From contig CALSCP010000372.1 in assembly GCA_943704425.1 (NCBI GenBank), forward strand, positions 1 to 56,560: DNA of 56,560 nt, in the 5' to 3' direction. The notes beneath the pieces are model-generated. The model saw nothing but the letters and a program-made list of their open reading frames with translations. It was not told where the DNA came from and did not search any database. Shown here in pieces: positions 15,922-29,831 of the stretch (its first letter is position 1; each line of letters opens with the position of its first letter). Origin of the DNA: Ministeria vibrans ATCC 50519 (Eukaryota > Protista > Filasterea). Both the position numbers and the translations under genes were made by a program.

Positions 15922-17113
15922 GCTAATAAGTACCTTCCCCATCCGCTGTGCAATCTCCTGCAGGCGCCACAAATAGTACCTTACAAGCGCCTTGTAATCG
16001 CCTGGCGCCATCCCATGTGTCTCCATCCATTCCCGCACATGCACACTCTCATTCCAGCACCCAAACGATACTTCATCGCCCCCTAAGTGCATATAGTCAT
16101 CCGGGAATACCGTTGTGATTTCGCTCAGTAGTTTCTCCACAAAGACAAAGGTACTCTCTTGAGTCTATGCAAAAAAAAAAATACGTCATAAAGAATTAAA
16201 TCTGTTGTATCAGTGGCCCTCTCTTTGTAACAAAAATGCACCAAAAATTGCAAATAAAACTATTGAGGGAGAGTGGGTTTCGTACTGGATCGAGAACGTT
16301 TCCATTTTCGCAGGAGAAGAGATGAGGGTAACCGGCGCGAAAGGACAGTGCGTGGCTGGGGGTGTCAAATTCAGGGAGGACACGGATACCGCGGTTGTGT
16401 GCGAGCTGGACGAGTTGGCGCAGTTGCGCGCGCGAGAGAGTCGCGGACGGGGAGAAGGCACCGCGCGCGAGCAAGGGCAGTGACTCGCTTTGAAACGCCA
16501 CTGACTGATCGTCACTCAAGTGGAGGTGGAGCACATTGAGTTTGTTGGTTTCCATGGCGTCTAGCATGGTGCTGAGAGTACTCATGGGCAAAAAGTGTCG
16601 CGCACAGTCGAGCATCAGACCGCGGTGGGTAAACCGCGGCGCATCACGAATGCGAATTGGCGCCGCGGCAATTTGCTTCGATTCTGCGTCCACCAACTGC
16701 GAGAATGTCTCAAGACCACGTAGAGCACCCCATACAGTCGGTGCGGTGAGAGTAGCCGTCGCCGACGAGGCCACAACGAGCTCATACGACTCGTCAGCGC
16801 CAACCTGCAACGTTTCGTTTGCACTCGTCACCCGCACGTCCAGCACAAGGAGTGCCTCGACACCAGCATGCAACCAGTCGTTGTCAATGTTGCCTGCTGT
16901 CCCATACCGAGCAAAGATGCGCTCGTTATACCGCGCAAACGCCTCTACGAGGACCGCCGAAGAGTGTTGTGTTGCACGGAACGAAAACGTCTTCTCGTCG
17001 AGCTGTAGCGACGAATTCCCCCATTCCACGGCCGTAGGCATTGGCCACAGTGACATTGCACATGGCAGGAAGCACCCAATGAGCACAAGCACAAACATCC
17101 AAGAAGAGACCAT
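15111..17113 (-). CDS. Beta-hexosaminidase (GH20), secreted/lysosomal; spliced
   Basis: Signal peptide then LWPMP; TVWGALRGLETFSQL, DAPRFTHRGLMLDCARHF, RVLPEFDTPSH, HLGGDEV, GGEACAWGE, WPRSSAVAERLWS. Confidence 0.95.
15832..15919. repeat. (AC)n microsatellite in hexosaminidase intron
   Basis: Direct reading. Confidence 0.95.
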
Positions 17114-17198
17114 TGACAAACAAAAAATAGTATAATAATAACACCAACAGATTTACTATTCATTATTCATCCATTATTTATTCCTTCGTCTCTCTGCT

Positions 17199-18090
17199 TC
17201 AACGCCGTCTCTTTGGATCCCCACCACGACGACCACCATCCCTTTGGTACATCAACACCGACACGCACACGACATTGCCAGCGCCATACTGCAGCTCGGC
17301 GAGTGTCTTGTTCTCGTCGTGCGACGCCTTGGACGCAAACGTGAAGCCAAGCTCCTTCAGTCGCCCATCCAAATTCGACGCAGACTTCCTGTCCGTGATC
17401 ACCTCGTGAAAGACAATCTTCGCCGTGGGTTTCCTACAGCCCGCGGTGTCAATGCACAGCATGTTGGCGTGTCCCGTTGCGTCTCCTCTCTCTCTCTCTC
17501 ACTCACCTTGCGTCCGGATAAACGTCTTTGACGAGCGACGAGATCTCTCGCAGCGTCGCGTCGCGCCAAGTGTACATGTGGAACTCCTCCTCGATCTTCT
17601 CCTGGCCGGGCTGCAGGTCGTGGATGCGGAAGGGTGCGCCAGTCCGACAGAACAGCTTCATCAACATTGGACAAGCCTGGAAAAAGACCAAAGAAAAACG
17701 AAAGACAGACACGCAGAGGACAGCAGGGGATAGAGAGGAAGGGGGGCGATGATCAGCTTCGTCCCACGTGAGCGGAGAGTGCGCAAAGTACCGTTTCGCG
17801 GTCAATTTTCACGGAGGGAGCAGCGACGATTGCTCCTTCGGGTTTAACGCCTGAAAACGCCCAATAGAGCGCAAGAGTCGAGCATGAGTGGATTGTGAGG
17901 TGACCGTCGGGTGGGTGTGGGTGAGTGTCAGAGTGTGTAGGTGCGTAGTTATGTCAGAGTAGTGAAAAGTCTCAATGAAAACGACTTTTCTTTTTTTCTT
18001 TTTTCGCCCCGTACGTGCACGACGCGACGATGGAGACGGCGATCGACTGTGGCTTTTGGCGCGGCTAGGAGAGGGAGATCTTGAAGGCAT
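17199..18090 (-). CDS. SAP18: Histone deacetylase complex / ASAP subunit SAP18 with RS-rich N-terminus; spliced
   Basis: CPMLMKLFC...MYTWRDATLREISSLVKDVYPDAR and DENKTLAELQYGAG correspond to SAP18 motifs; internal exon borders not fully resolved. Confidence 0.85.
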
Positions 18091-18352
18091 TAGGTATTGA
18101 AAAATTGAAAAAACTGTGTGTGTCAGTGTGTGTGAACTAATTAATGACTATATGTGATATGATTATCATTTAACTTGTCATATCTATTATCTCATATCTG
18201 ATAAGACGTGGTATAAGGTATTCCGCTGGTATTTGGGAAACGAAAGCATTCTTCAAAGTATGATTTGAGCAGTTCAGATAACTCCAAACCCCAATAACAA
18301 TACTAATACTAATAGTAATAATAATTGTATAACTATATTGTTATGATTCCAG

Positions 18353-19592
18353 TTACGTCTTGAGCCAGGGATGAGCCGCCAGTGCCTGCCGACTACGATC
18401 ACCATAGTCGTAAAAGATTTCTTCGTGCTTCTCAATGGTGCGCGTGGCGAAAAAGGCCAATCTGGGCTCAGTTCCTTCAGCCGCAACCAGTCGGGTGCGC
18501 AGATTCGCCTCGCTCCGACTGTGATTGATCAGACGTCCTATCCGCCCAGCCTTGGTTGCATCCACGCTATATAATGCAAAAAAAAACAGGGGAAAGGGAG
18601 AGTAATTAAGTACACCCACACACACATATATATATACAAAATTATTATATATTTAAGCATACTCACAACACGCCTTACCACCACTTTGTTGAGTTGTGCA
18701 CAAAAAAGTACATGTAACAGCCCACTTCGGGAGTGCGCGCGTACGCCTTCTCACGACGCTCTGCCTCGCTCATACGAATGAGATCGCCGCTATATTCGCA
18801 CACAAAGGCGCCTGATTGCAGCTGATGCTTTGCGCGAACTCCCTTGCCCTTGTCGCCCGCATCAAATTCCTCAATGTCGTCCTGGTAGTGCGCATCAAGC
18901 TTGCTTAGAGTGTCTTGCTCCTCCAGTTGCTTGCGACGCGATTCTGTCATGCGTTTCGTGCGGCGTTGCACAGCAAACGCCTCGGTGATGCGCGGTTGGC
19001 GTTCAGTCGTCTTTGCTGACGCTTTCGATGCGCTCCCTTTCTTTTTCGGTGCCTTCTTCACCGGTACGGCAGCCGTTGCGGCCGCTGCTGCCGCCGTAAT
19101 CTTCTTTGGTTGATGTTTATCGGTGTCTTTAGGTGAAATTAGAGAGCGCACAGCGCGAGGTGTCGGATTGCGAGCGATTTGAGGCGAACTCAGTTTCTTG
19201 GGTGTTTGTCGTCGTCTCGGAGGCGATGAAGGAGCCTACAAAACACAGCAACGACCAGTCAGCGACATAGGTAGCAGGCATACAAATGCCATGGATGCAA
19301 AGAGCAAGTCTCGATTGCTCGTCCGTTCCTTTGTTATTCCGTTGCCGGATTGTTTTTTTGTGTTGTGTGATAAAACACACCAAGTGTCTGATTCTCTCAA
19401 TCTTCTGTCACCGAGTCCAGAAGAGCATTCTTAATACTCATACAATGCACTACGCACCTCTTCGGGTTCGGGTGTTGCCAACCGCTCGACTCGAAATGCG
19501 CTTGCATTTGAGTTTTCCTTTTTCTTCGGCACTGTCGTTTCCTTTTCGTTGCCACGCTCAACGAGGGGCCTCCTTGACGGTGAAGATGACAT
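18353..19592 (-). CDS. KMT5A: Histone H4K20 monomethyltransferase PR-Set7/SETD8; spliced
   Basis: KGKGVRA...FVCEYSGDLI...AERRE..Y...GCYMYFF...W|SVDAT...GRLINHSR...EEIFYDYGDRS..ALAAHPWLK. Confidence 0.92.
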
Positions 19593-19867
19593 GAGATAAA
19601 CACAAATTAATGAAGAAGTAACAGTCGATCGATCGGCATTATCAGTGTCATCAGTTGTAGACAAACAGACTTGCCTCCTTATCTCCCACTCCGTACTTTA
19701 ACCTCCGTAGCCTGTACGCTGCGGGTACCCCTAAACTCTGTCCCGTCAGTCGCAAGATGCTTGATATCAGACGTGTGTCAGACGGCAATCGAAGTCGACT
19801 TTAGCTCTTACTCACACACTGAAAGTTACTACTTTTTTATATATTCGCCCGCATCGTTTTTGTCTGA

Positions 19868-21772
19868 ATGGACCCGTTGAACGTCACGCAGCCAGTGATT
19901 GAAGTGGCGCACCTCAAGGCGTGGTGCGACGTGCCCTTCCATGTCCCGGAACTTGTTGGCCCGCCCGGTACGCCCCACAGCGCCCTCTCTGGCGGCCCGC
20001 GCCCGCCCCACACTCCCCAACGACGCTGCCCTGTCGCGTTCAGCGCGCCAGACAGGGGCGTCCATCGAGCCCGTGCTCTGTTTTGACGCGCTTCTCCTTT
20101 CCGTCGCCCTCTCATCCATTCCCCTTTCCTCCGCCCCTCTCTCACCCTCTTTCTTTCGCCACAGGACGTGATTCCCCCTTCCCTCTCCGCGAGGACATCA
20201 ACGAGAAGGTACCGCCCTCTGCGTATACCACAACAGCTCTTTCGTCCTTTCCTTTTTTTTCCTTTCTTTTTTTTTCTCCTTTTCGAAAATTAATACTCTA
20301 ATGATTATTATGAATTTCCAATTCGTTCGCTTGTCTGTCCCTCTAATGCGCTCTCTGTCGTGCAGGTGTACCTTTGGAGCGGCGACATCACCAATATCCG
20401 CGTAGACGCCATTGTGAACAGTACGAATGAGGCGTTGTCGGAACGCAATCCCATCAGCGAACTGATCGTCTCCAGAGGTACAAATTGAATACTATACTTT
20501 TTTCACTTCAACTGTGTCTTTTTTCTCATTTTGTTCACACACACACACATACATTTTTTCCCCCAAGGTGGTCCCAAACTTGTTTCATCGATGAAGAAGC
20601 TGCATGGCTGCAAGACAGGCGAGGCCAAAGTCACTGACGGAGGCGGACTGATTGCAAACTGGGTGGTACACTCTCGAGTGCATACGTTTCTTATTGCGTG
20701 TCGTTGACTTGTATTCTCCTTTTTGTGACAGATTCACGCCGTTGGCCCGCGCTACAACGTCAAAGTACGAGTGGGTTTCATGACACACATTATCGAACGG
20801 ACTGACCTATATCTCTTGTTTTGCAGTATCGCACCGCCGCCGAATCGGCCCTCTTCAACTGCTACCGAAACACCCTCTTGATTATGCTCGAGCGAAAACT
20901 GCGCACCATTGCGTTTGTACCCATCAACTCGATGCGGAGAGGATATCCTCCTGCATTGGGCGCCCATATTGCACTTCGAACGTACAGAGAGAGAGAGAGA
21001 GGAGAAAGAATCGAAGTGATAGATGTTGAATGGTAATGGTGTTCGCTTGTATATATTTTATAGGGTAAAGCGGTTTATGGAGGAATTCTCATCACAAATG
21101 GACGCAGTTGTCTTTGTGGTGTCGGGCGAAGACGCTGAAGTCTATCGCGAGGTATCACACTCATTTTGTCCATTCTGCGTCTTTTGATTATTGAATAACT
21201 TGAAAATGTCATGTTTGTTTCAGGTGATGCCAATGTATTTCCCGCGGAATAAGGCTGAAGAAGTGTGGGCAGCAGATAAATTGCCGGTGGACACAGGAAA
21301 CGCACTCACAGGCGAACCAGTAAAAAAAATTGTGTGGAGAGAAAGTGAGAGTGTCTTGTCTTTAACTTCGTGATGCAGGTGATTGAGGAGCGTAAAATCA
21401 GAATTGCCGCTGGTGTGCCTGGTTTTGATCCTGATGCAGCAGAGAGTGCGTCGCATGGCGGTCCGTCCATTGTCAATGATGTCGTTGATTTTGACGCAGG
21501 TCAGTCACTGTGTGTGAAAGCGAGGGGAGAGTGTCGCATTAAGATAGAGTGTGTGTGAGTGTGGATGACACTCAGAGAGACTGATGACACTCCCGGTGTC
21601 ACAAAAAGATAGAGTGTCAACAACTGACTAGTATTTTGTTTGGTGTTCAGGTCGTGCGTTCATTTCAATGGACAGTAATCCCGACGACCGGCACATGTCT
21701 CGTCGCAGTGGCGCTGCCGAAATGGCTCAAGCGTCAGGAGCCGCTCAGGAGAGCGAATGTGCTCTCATGTAA
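19868..21772 (+). CDS. GDAP2-like macrodomain protein lacking the CRAL-TRIO domain, ending in CaaX (CALM); multi-exon
   Basis: MDPL N-terminus, SPFPLREDINEK|VYLWSGDITNIRVDAIVNSTNE, CKTGEAKVT, IHAVGPRYNVK|YRTAAESALFNCYRN, RRGYPP..GAHIALRT, YFPR, DTGNALTGEP|VIEERKIRI; last exon ends ...ESECALM-stop. Confidence 0.85.
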
Positions 21773-21784
21773 CGCACAATGAAT

Positions 21785-21889
<105 letters not shown>

Positions 21890-21932
21890 TTCTTTCAATG
21901 AACGGGTTTTACATTTATTATTATTATTATTA

Positions 21933-24272
21933 TTATTTGTCTTCTCTCCACTGAGGCGCATTGTCAAGCGACCGCCAAGTCTGCCACACCTGCTCAGTCA
22001 GAATCAGAGGGCGCACCTGTAATACAAACACAGATATGTTGAGCCATGTTGCAACGTATGCGTGTGTCTTTGTCTCCCTCGTGTGCGTACCGTATGCTCT
22101 GCGTCCATTGCGCCCATATCCAACTGCCGATGTACAAACACAGCCTGTACATCCACTGCAGAGTTTGCGTCGTCGCCACCACTACCACTTGCCTCCGCCA
22201 CACCAAGTAGGTCCGACACGTCGAGAGGTGCCCGAGCGCGCTGGTGCTTCTTGAGGACCGAGCGCAGTCGCGTGGCTGCGAGAATTCCCAAATCACCGGT
22301 GTTGGCCATTTTGGGAAGTAGAGTGTACAGCTCAGTGGCAGCTGCCTCCACATCGACGATGCGCGTGAGAGGAACGGGCATAATGAGTGGCGCTGTCTTG
22401 CTCTTGCGCTTGCGGGGCTGCACAAAGAGCGTCGTCGCACCGCACAGGGGACTCACGCGCAGATTAAACTGACCCCACGCAAGCAGACGCATCAGAGGTT
22501 CGGCGATTTGAAGGCAAACGGGCGAGACAAAATCGTCGAGAGTGACACTCGGTGTGCCGTCGACGGGCGAGGCGGGTCCACAAAATTCAGAGGAGACGCG
22601 TGCAACGTGATCACACAACTCGCTAACATCAACCGTGCCATGTGTAGTGGGAATGACTGTGGGACCAGAGGAAGCACTGTCCTGTGCCGTCGCAATGGAC
22701 TCGGTGGACACCCGCACGAGCTCACGCGGGGCCCGGGTCAGCGATAGCACCAGCGCTCGCACCGTCCTCGGGTGCGCAAACACAAGCTCCATCAGTGCAC
22801 GCAAATTGGGCAGAGGCCGCTCAATCACCACAAACATCATAATCGAAATGGAATCAATCTCCCGCTCGAGCTCCTCCAGCGCCTCCTGTATGGCCCCCAC
22901 ACTTTCCGTCTCACTGCCGCTGCGCATCGCGTGTCGCAGCGACGGGTACACGTGTGCCTGTAGAAAACACGAGTTTTCCAGACGCACCAAATCAATCAGA
23001 CGGTCGTGCGTCACTTCAACAATCACAGGAACAGCCCGAGACACTCCTAAGGGAAAAGATACAGTTACACACCCATACATACAATCCAATGAGAGGAGTC
23101 GTACCGTCAAGGGGAGTACGTTCCATATTCATCGTCGCACGCACAAGCATCACCTTTCGGTTGAGTGTCTCCATGTTGGCCGCAAGTCGTGACGACACCA
23201 CCACTCCGTATTGCAGCCGTTTGCCATACAGAAATTTGTAGCGAGAGCACAACAATTGAATCTAGAATGAATAAACCAAAATTAATAATATTATCATGTT
23301 TTCTTTTGACGACTCCCCTTTTACCTTTTCGTCTGGAATAAAGTCACGGCCGTCGTGAATAGGGATTTCGACAGAGGGAGGAAAATTGAGAGATTTTTCT
23401 TTGCGGAGGTCACAGGCGTTTTCGAGGCGACGCGGAGTACAGTGGAAGCCAAGGGGAAACTGAAGAAGGGCCGGGAAGAGACGGGGCAGGGCCGGGAGGG
23501 CTGGGGTGATCATGCGCAGAAAGAAGCGTGCGTTGGAACTGTACTCGGTCGAGAAGATGGTGGTGCGAGGGCCACGAGAGGCGATGGAGGAGGTGTCGCT
23601 GTCAGCGTCGCTGCTGCTGGTGGTGGTGGTGGTGGTGGACGCGACGACGATAGGTGCAGTGGGTGCAGCGGATGCAGCGGGTGCAGCGGCGTGGGTAGCT
23701 TCAGGGCACTGTGTGATGAGGAGGACCCGGCCATTGTTGCAGACGACCTTGGCGCGGCACCAGCAGAGACCGCGGCGAGCACCAATGGCACACGCAAGAC
23801 AGGTAGTGCATGTTGAGTAGAGCACAAGATGATGCGTCATTTCAAGTCGCACGCGAAGAGACACATTCGTCATGGCCATTCTGCTGCCAACAAGCGCTCG
23901 AAGATACAGCTACAATGAGTGTAAGGATGAGAACATGAAAATAATTTGAAAAAAAAAAACACACACACACATGATCATATTATTATTATACTTTACCTCA
24001 AGCAAATGACGACGTTCTTCGAGAAATCGGGGCGAGCGATTGTCGAGAAAGGTGCCCTTGGGAGGGAAGATGGCGCGGGACTCGGGAGGGGCCAGCGAAA
24101 GCTCCTTGAGCCATTCGTGGAGGGCAAAGAGTTGGCTGAAGCGACGACTGATGATCGACTCGACGGTGGTCGCCCAGGGCACGTCGGGATCCACTCCTCG
24201 TATCCTGATCCGGTACTCCATGTGGCCTCCTGCAGCCTGCTGTGCAGGCGACACCGAGACGGTCCAACCCAT
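21933..24272 (-). CDS. PX (phox) domain protein with uncharacterised C-terminal region; spliced
   Basis: HMEYRIRI...SRRFSQLFALHEWL...FPPKG...FLEERRHLLE|LYLRAL is a PX domain; downstream exons reach ...PQWREDK-stop; internal exon structure uncertain. Confidence 0.7.
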
Positions 24273-24586
24273 TGTGTTGAGAGGAGCAGAAAAAACTGAA
24301 ACGAGTTTCAACTTTCAATCTTCAAAATTAATGATATTTCAATTTATCTGTATAGAGATGCATTAATGGTACATTAATGGAGTGGGTGTGGAGACATCGT
24401 CGGGAGTAGAGACAAATCAGACAATGCCAGCAGAGCGGGAAGAAGCAGAAGCACACACAACCAACCATGAACTCACTCTAACGTGACTCTAACTCACTAG
24501 CACAAATCACAATCACACACAACTTTGATTTCACTGTTCACACTTTTTTTTGAATAACTTTACCACTCTTAAACACACCGTCTAAC

Positions 24587-27500
24587 ATGGTACGACATGC
24601 GTGTATATTGTGTGTCTCTCTCGTGCGTCTGTTTCGTGTGTGTGTGTTGTGTGTCTATCTCGTGTGTGTGATCTTCTCCTCTGTTGTCTTCTCACTGTGC
24701 GTCTCCGATACCCCCCCTCCCCCCCTCACCCCGTCTGTGCATGCTCCTTCTCTGCCCCGTAGGCTGACGAACTCAAGGCTGCCGGCAACAAGGCGTTTCT
24801 CGCTGGCGATTACAAACTCGCGATTGAAAAGTTTACCGAAGCGATCGAGTTCGCCCCGGACAACCACGTGCTCTACAGGTACACCCTCCTCTCTTGCCAA
24901 ATGGATGTTCTCCTGCGAAAGAACGCCCCGTCAAAGATGTCGCAAATTCATTCTGTGGTCGAGAGAGAAGCGTCGCGAAACAATCGCTGTGACAAAATAC
25001 GCGTGCGCGCCTTAGACACGCTCCGCAGCCGCCGGCGTGTCTTGCATGTGCACATGTGCACGGCATCGTCCCGTATGGGAACTCTATGCCGGCGCGTCTG
25101 CCCCGCATTTGCTCGCTAGAGTGTTGGCAAGTGCGTTTTTTCATGCTCGTTCTTCCCTTCGCGCCACAGCAACCGCTCTGCCTGCTGGGCGTCTATGAAC
25201 CGCGCTGAGGAGGCCCTGGCGGATGCGGAGAAGACTGTTGAGATCAAGCCCGATTGGGCTAAGGGCTACTCTCGCAAGGTACGAAAGGAACAGAGGAAGC
25301 GAATCCCCTTGCTCATCATATTGCTCATCATATGTGTGTGTGTGTGTGTGTGGAGTAGGGAGCAGCTTTGCGTCTGCTGCAGCGCCTCGACGACGCCGAG
25401 AGTGCCTACGAGGAGGTAATAGAGTCTGTCTCAGCAGGCGTAGCTGTGTATGCATAACACACGCGATGGAGTAGGGACTCAAACTGGACGAGAACAACAA
25501 GGCATTGCAGGAGGGACTGCAGGAGGTTCACAACGACAAGGCTCGCTCGTCAGCTCGCGCGCCTGGTCGCTCCAATCCTTTCTCGTCGTTTATCACGTAA
25601 GAAGGACGATGGATGAAAACACAAAAAGAAAGCTCCGTAACCTCACTTGCTCTGATGTTCTAGTCCGGAAGTGGTTGCAAAGTTGCGCGTTCACCCCGAA
25701 ACGGCCGGTTTCTTCTCCCAAGTACACCGTTGGCTGTGTTGTACAAACTCTTGTCTTACACCTGTCTCCCCTGCTTTTAATAGCCTGACTTTGAGCCGCT
25801 GTTGGAGTCGCTCAAGACGCACCCGGATGCACTGAGCAAGCACATGAACGACCCGCGTGTCATGGCGGTGCTCAAGGTGGCACTTGAGGCGCAAGGAATG
25901 GGTAATCAACACACTATTACGCACCTTTTTTTCTCAATAGCTTTTGGCACTTAATCTTAATACGTACACTTGTGTGTGTGTGTCTTAGGTGGTATGTTTG
26001 GTGGTGGCGATGACGGTCCATCGTCGTCGGCTGAGCCTTCTTCGTCTGGCTCTGCCTCGAACGCTCCGCCTCCCAAATCTGTAAACAATATTATTATATT
26101 GATAATTCGTTCTTGTGTGAGTGTTAATCTGTGTGTGTTTTTAGGCGCCTGAGCCTATGGAGGTCGATCTCAGCCCCGAGGTAAGAAAACGATTCACACA
26201 AAGCCATAATTGCAATTTTGGGCATCTCTCTTTCGCACACGCACTCACACAACACAACACACTTTGCGCACGACTCAAATAGGAACAACTGAAGGCAGAT
26301 GCGAGTGCCGAGAAGGACAAGGGCAATGCGGCGTACAAGAAGCGTGAGTTTGACACGGCGCTGGCGCAGTACAAGAAGGCTCAGGAAATGCTCCCGACCG
26401 AAATGACATTTATCACAAACGAATCGGGTCAGTCCTACATGGGTTTCGCATGCGTTTTACTAATCGATGGCTTCACATTTATAGCTGTTTACTTTGAACA
26501 GGGCAACTTTGAGGAGTGCATTGCGACGGCTCAACGGGCACTGACGGTGGGCCAAGAGCATGGTGGGTCGTACGAGAACATGGCCAAGGCATGCACGCGC
26601 ATTGCCAATGCCCACCACAAGCTCAATGATCTTCAGGTGACTCATTTTATTGTTGTTGTTGAGTGGTTTTTTTGTCACATGTCATTTGTGTGTTTCGAAT
26701 GCTGCATGTCAGCAATTCTTTTTGTCTCAATTTCTTGTCTGTCAGCATCACTCACACTCACGCTTCCGTTCTCTATGCAATAGGAGGCCAAACGGTGGTA
26801 CGAGAAATCACTGTCCAACAAGCGCACAGAAGCAGTGCGAATGAAGCTCAAGGCAGTCGAAAAGGAAATGAAAGAGGTAATAAGATGAGCAACACGTTAT
26901 GACCAAACTGACTTGTGTTTGTTTGATAGGCTGAGAGCCGCGCTTATGTTAATCCTGAGCTCGCTGAACAGGTTTGTGTGATTCTTTCTTTCTCTCTTTC
27001 TCTTTTTTTTGTCTCTCATTGTGCCCTCTTTGAATTGTGTAGGAGAAGGAGAAGGGAAACTCTGCGTTTGCCAATGGAAAGTTTCCCGACGCCATTGCCC
27101 ATTACACGGAGGTAACGAGAGGAAATGATTGCGTAGGTTGTAGTGAATTGTTTGTGTGTGTGTGTTTTTTAGGCGATTAAGCGCAACCCGACGGACCACA
27201 AACTGTACAGGTAAGGCACTTTCTCAATCAGACTCACGTGCACTCTTCATGTACCTGAAAATCGTTCTGTTTGTGTTACTGTCTGTGTATGTGTGTGTGT
27301 ATGTGTGTCTGATATTCTCTCTGCGTGTGCGTCTAATGCTGTCTCATAGCAACCGGGCTGCGTGTTACACGAAGCTGATGAGTCCCAGTGAGGCGCTCAA
27401 GGACTGTGAAAAGTGCATTGAGCTTGCGCCTGACTTTGCCAAGGGCTACACACGCAGAGGCGCAGCGTACATGCTCATGCGTGAGTATGAGAAGGTATTG

Positions 27501-28110
27501 CATTTTAACTTGCAGTTGTTGCACAGAGTGAGATGTATATAGTCGCTGACTGAGAATTTGTGTGTGACTGGTGGTGATATTTACTGTCACCTTACACATT
27601 CACATTTCCCATTATGACTAATAATTTTTTATTATTATATTATTACTCATACTCGCTTTCACTCAGGCGACATCGTCGTACGAACACGCGCTGTCCCTGG
27701 ACGCCAACAATGCCGATGCACTTGACGGCGTGCAGCGATGCAACCAGGCTATCCGCCGCAACGAGGAGAACCTTACCACAGAGGAGCGTCAGGCCAAGGC
27801 CATGAAAGACCCTGAAGTGCAGGTCAGCGCGACACTCCAGTCAAAAGCATCAATACCCTCTCACACTCTCTCTTTTTTTTGTATTTTTTATTGTTTGTGT
27901 AGGCCATTCTGAGCGATCCAGTCATGTCGATGATCCTCCAGGAGATGACCAACGACCCTCGTGCTGCTGCCGAGTAAGTTTCGTGACCTTTTCACATTTC
28001 CGTCGTCTCACTCTCCATTTTCCTTCGCTGCGTGCAGTCACATGAAGAACCCCGAGATTGCGAAGAAGATCCAGAAACTCGTCAATGCCGGAGTCATTCG
28101 CACTCGCTAA
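24587..28110 (+). CDS. STIP1: Hsp70/Hsp90 organizing protein STI1/HOP; many short exons
   Basis: M|ADELKAAGNKAF...HVLY|SNRSA, KPDWAKGYSRK, EKDKGNAAYKKREFD, EKEKGN, SNRAACYTKL, KAMKDPEVQ|AILSDPVM, HMKNPEIAKKIQKLVNAGVI. Confidence 0.96.
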
Positions 28111-28199
28111 AGAAATCAAAGAAAAGTGTGCTTGAGAGAGACAGAGAGACAGAGAGAACATTGAAATGATCAATCAATTAATTCAACTCTTATTCATTC

Positions 28200-28683
28200 A
28201 TGATCTCGCGAATTTTGACTCGTCGTGCGTCAGCTCGTTTACGCCTACGTGTACCTCTGAGCACCCGTGCACTCCATGTGCTTGCGTGGGGTGCTGGAGA
28301 CGGCGGGGCAATGGGCAATGGAGAGTTGAGTTTGTCCCCAACTGCTCCACATTCGACCGGTTTGCTCGGAAAATCTATTGCCGCTGGACACGGGTTTTCA
28401 GTGGTCATCGATGAGAATGGGCGTGATCTTCATGTTTCCGGCGTGAATGGACGAGGTGCTTTGGGTAGGAACCCCATAATTTGCGAATAAGAGAGGATTG
28501 AAACGGTCTGTTGTTTCAGGCGTTGGCCACACGAACGTCGTCGAGCAATGGACTCGCGTGCCTATGCCAGTGTTAGACAGCAACGATGCGTTGACGCGAG
28601 TTGCCGCAGGAGCGTTCCATACGCTGTTACTCAGCGAGAATGGCCACGGTACGATTTGATCAACAACCTGATTAAATCCATTG

Positions 28684-28722
<39 letters not shown>

Positions 28723-29831
28723 GTTCAACAGTCTTCTCATGCGGATCGAACAACTTTGGACAGTGCGGACTTTCACAGAGCCGTCGCACGCTCACCGAGT
28801 TCACGCGGGTGCCTCTCACCTCACCGATCAAACAGATTGTGTGCGGATACGATCACAGTGTACTGCTCGACACACACAACCAAATATGGACCAGTGGTTG
28901 GAACGCAGACGGCCAATTGGGCCGCAAAACTGAGTGCAGTTCCACTCTATTTGCCCCTGTTGATCAATCGCATTTCAACGGTGAAATTCCTATTGGGCTT
29001 CATTCGAGCGCAGACACCACTCTCATTGTGACTGGTACATATTCATTTGTTACTTCATTAATTATTACTTTTCACTTCACTATTAATTTTTATTCCTATT
29101 CTTATGTTATGTGTTGCTCCATCATTGAATGCTCTTTTTGTAGAATCTGGGAAACTGTTTTCGTTTGGAAACACTGAACATTTCCAGACAATGATCCAAT
29201 GCGATTCTGCTCAGGTTTGATGAAGAAAAAACAACCTTTATTATTATACTTTTCTTTGTGTATTTTGTAGATTTCTGTACCCACTAAAGTCTCGTTCTTT
29301 GCCTCTGAGCAACCAAAAAGCATTGTTTCGGCCGTGTCCGGTCAGTCGTTTGCCATGGCACAAACAGGTTTTCTACAACAAATCATACGACCAACAAATC
29401 ATACGAGTCATAATCATCATATTTTTTAGATTCCAATGAGCTGTTTTCGTGCGGAAATGGTCCGATTGGTCATTTACAGAGTGAACCGCGACCGATTTAC
29501 CCACCGCAACAAATCACAAACAATCCCTTGGCGGCGTGTGAGAGTTCCTCTTGTGTACGATTGTTTGGTGGCCCTTTTGCGGTTTTTGCAGTTTGTGGCG
29601 AAACCTCAGATGTGTTTGCGGTTGGGAGAGCGGGGAAAGGACGGTTGGTTGTGAGCGACAGAGACGTGTTTACTTTTGAACAGGTAACAATTGCACAATG
29701 GTCAATTCTTCAGTGGATATACGTCTAACCCCTTGATTTCTAAGGTTGATGAGTTGAGTGGAAAGGGGATTGTTGACATATCGGTTGGATTGGGTCACTG
29801 TTTGGCGCTCAGTGACAGTCAGGAGCAATAA
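28200..29831 (+). CDS. RCC1-repeat protein with mitochondrial-type presequence (RCC1L/WBSCR16-like); spliced
   Basis: Arg-rich acid-free N-terminus; RCC1 blades IAAGHGFSV, VAAGAFHTL, VFSCGSNNFGQCG, IVCGYDHSV, GWNADGQLG, SSADTTL. Confidence 0.8.
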
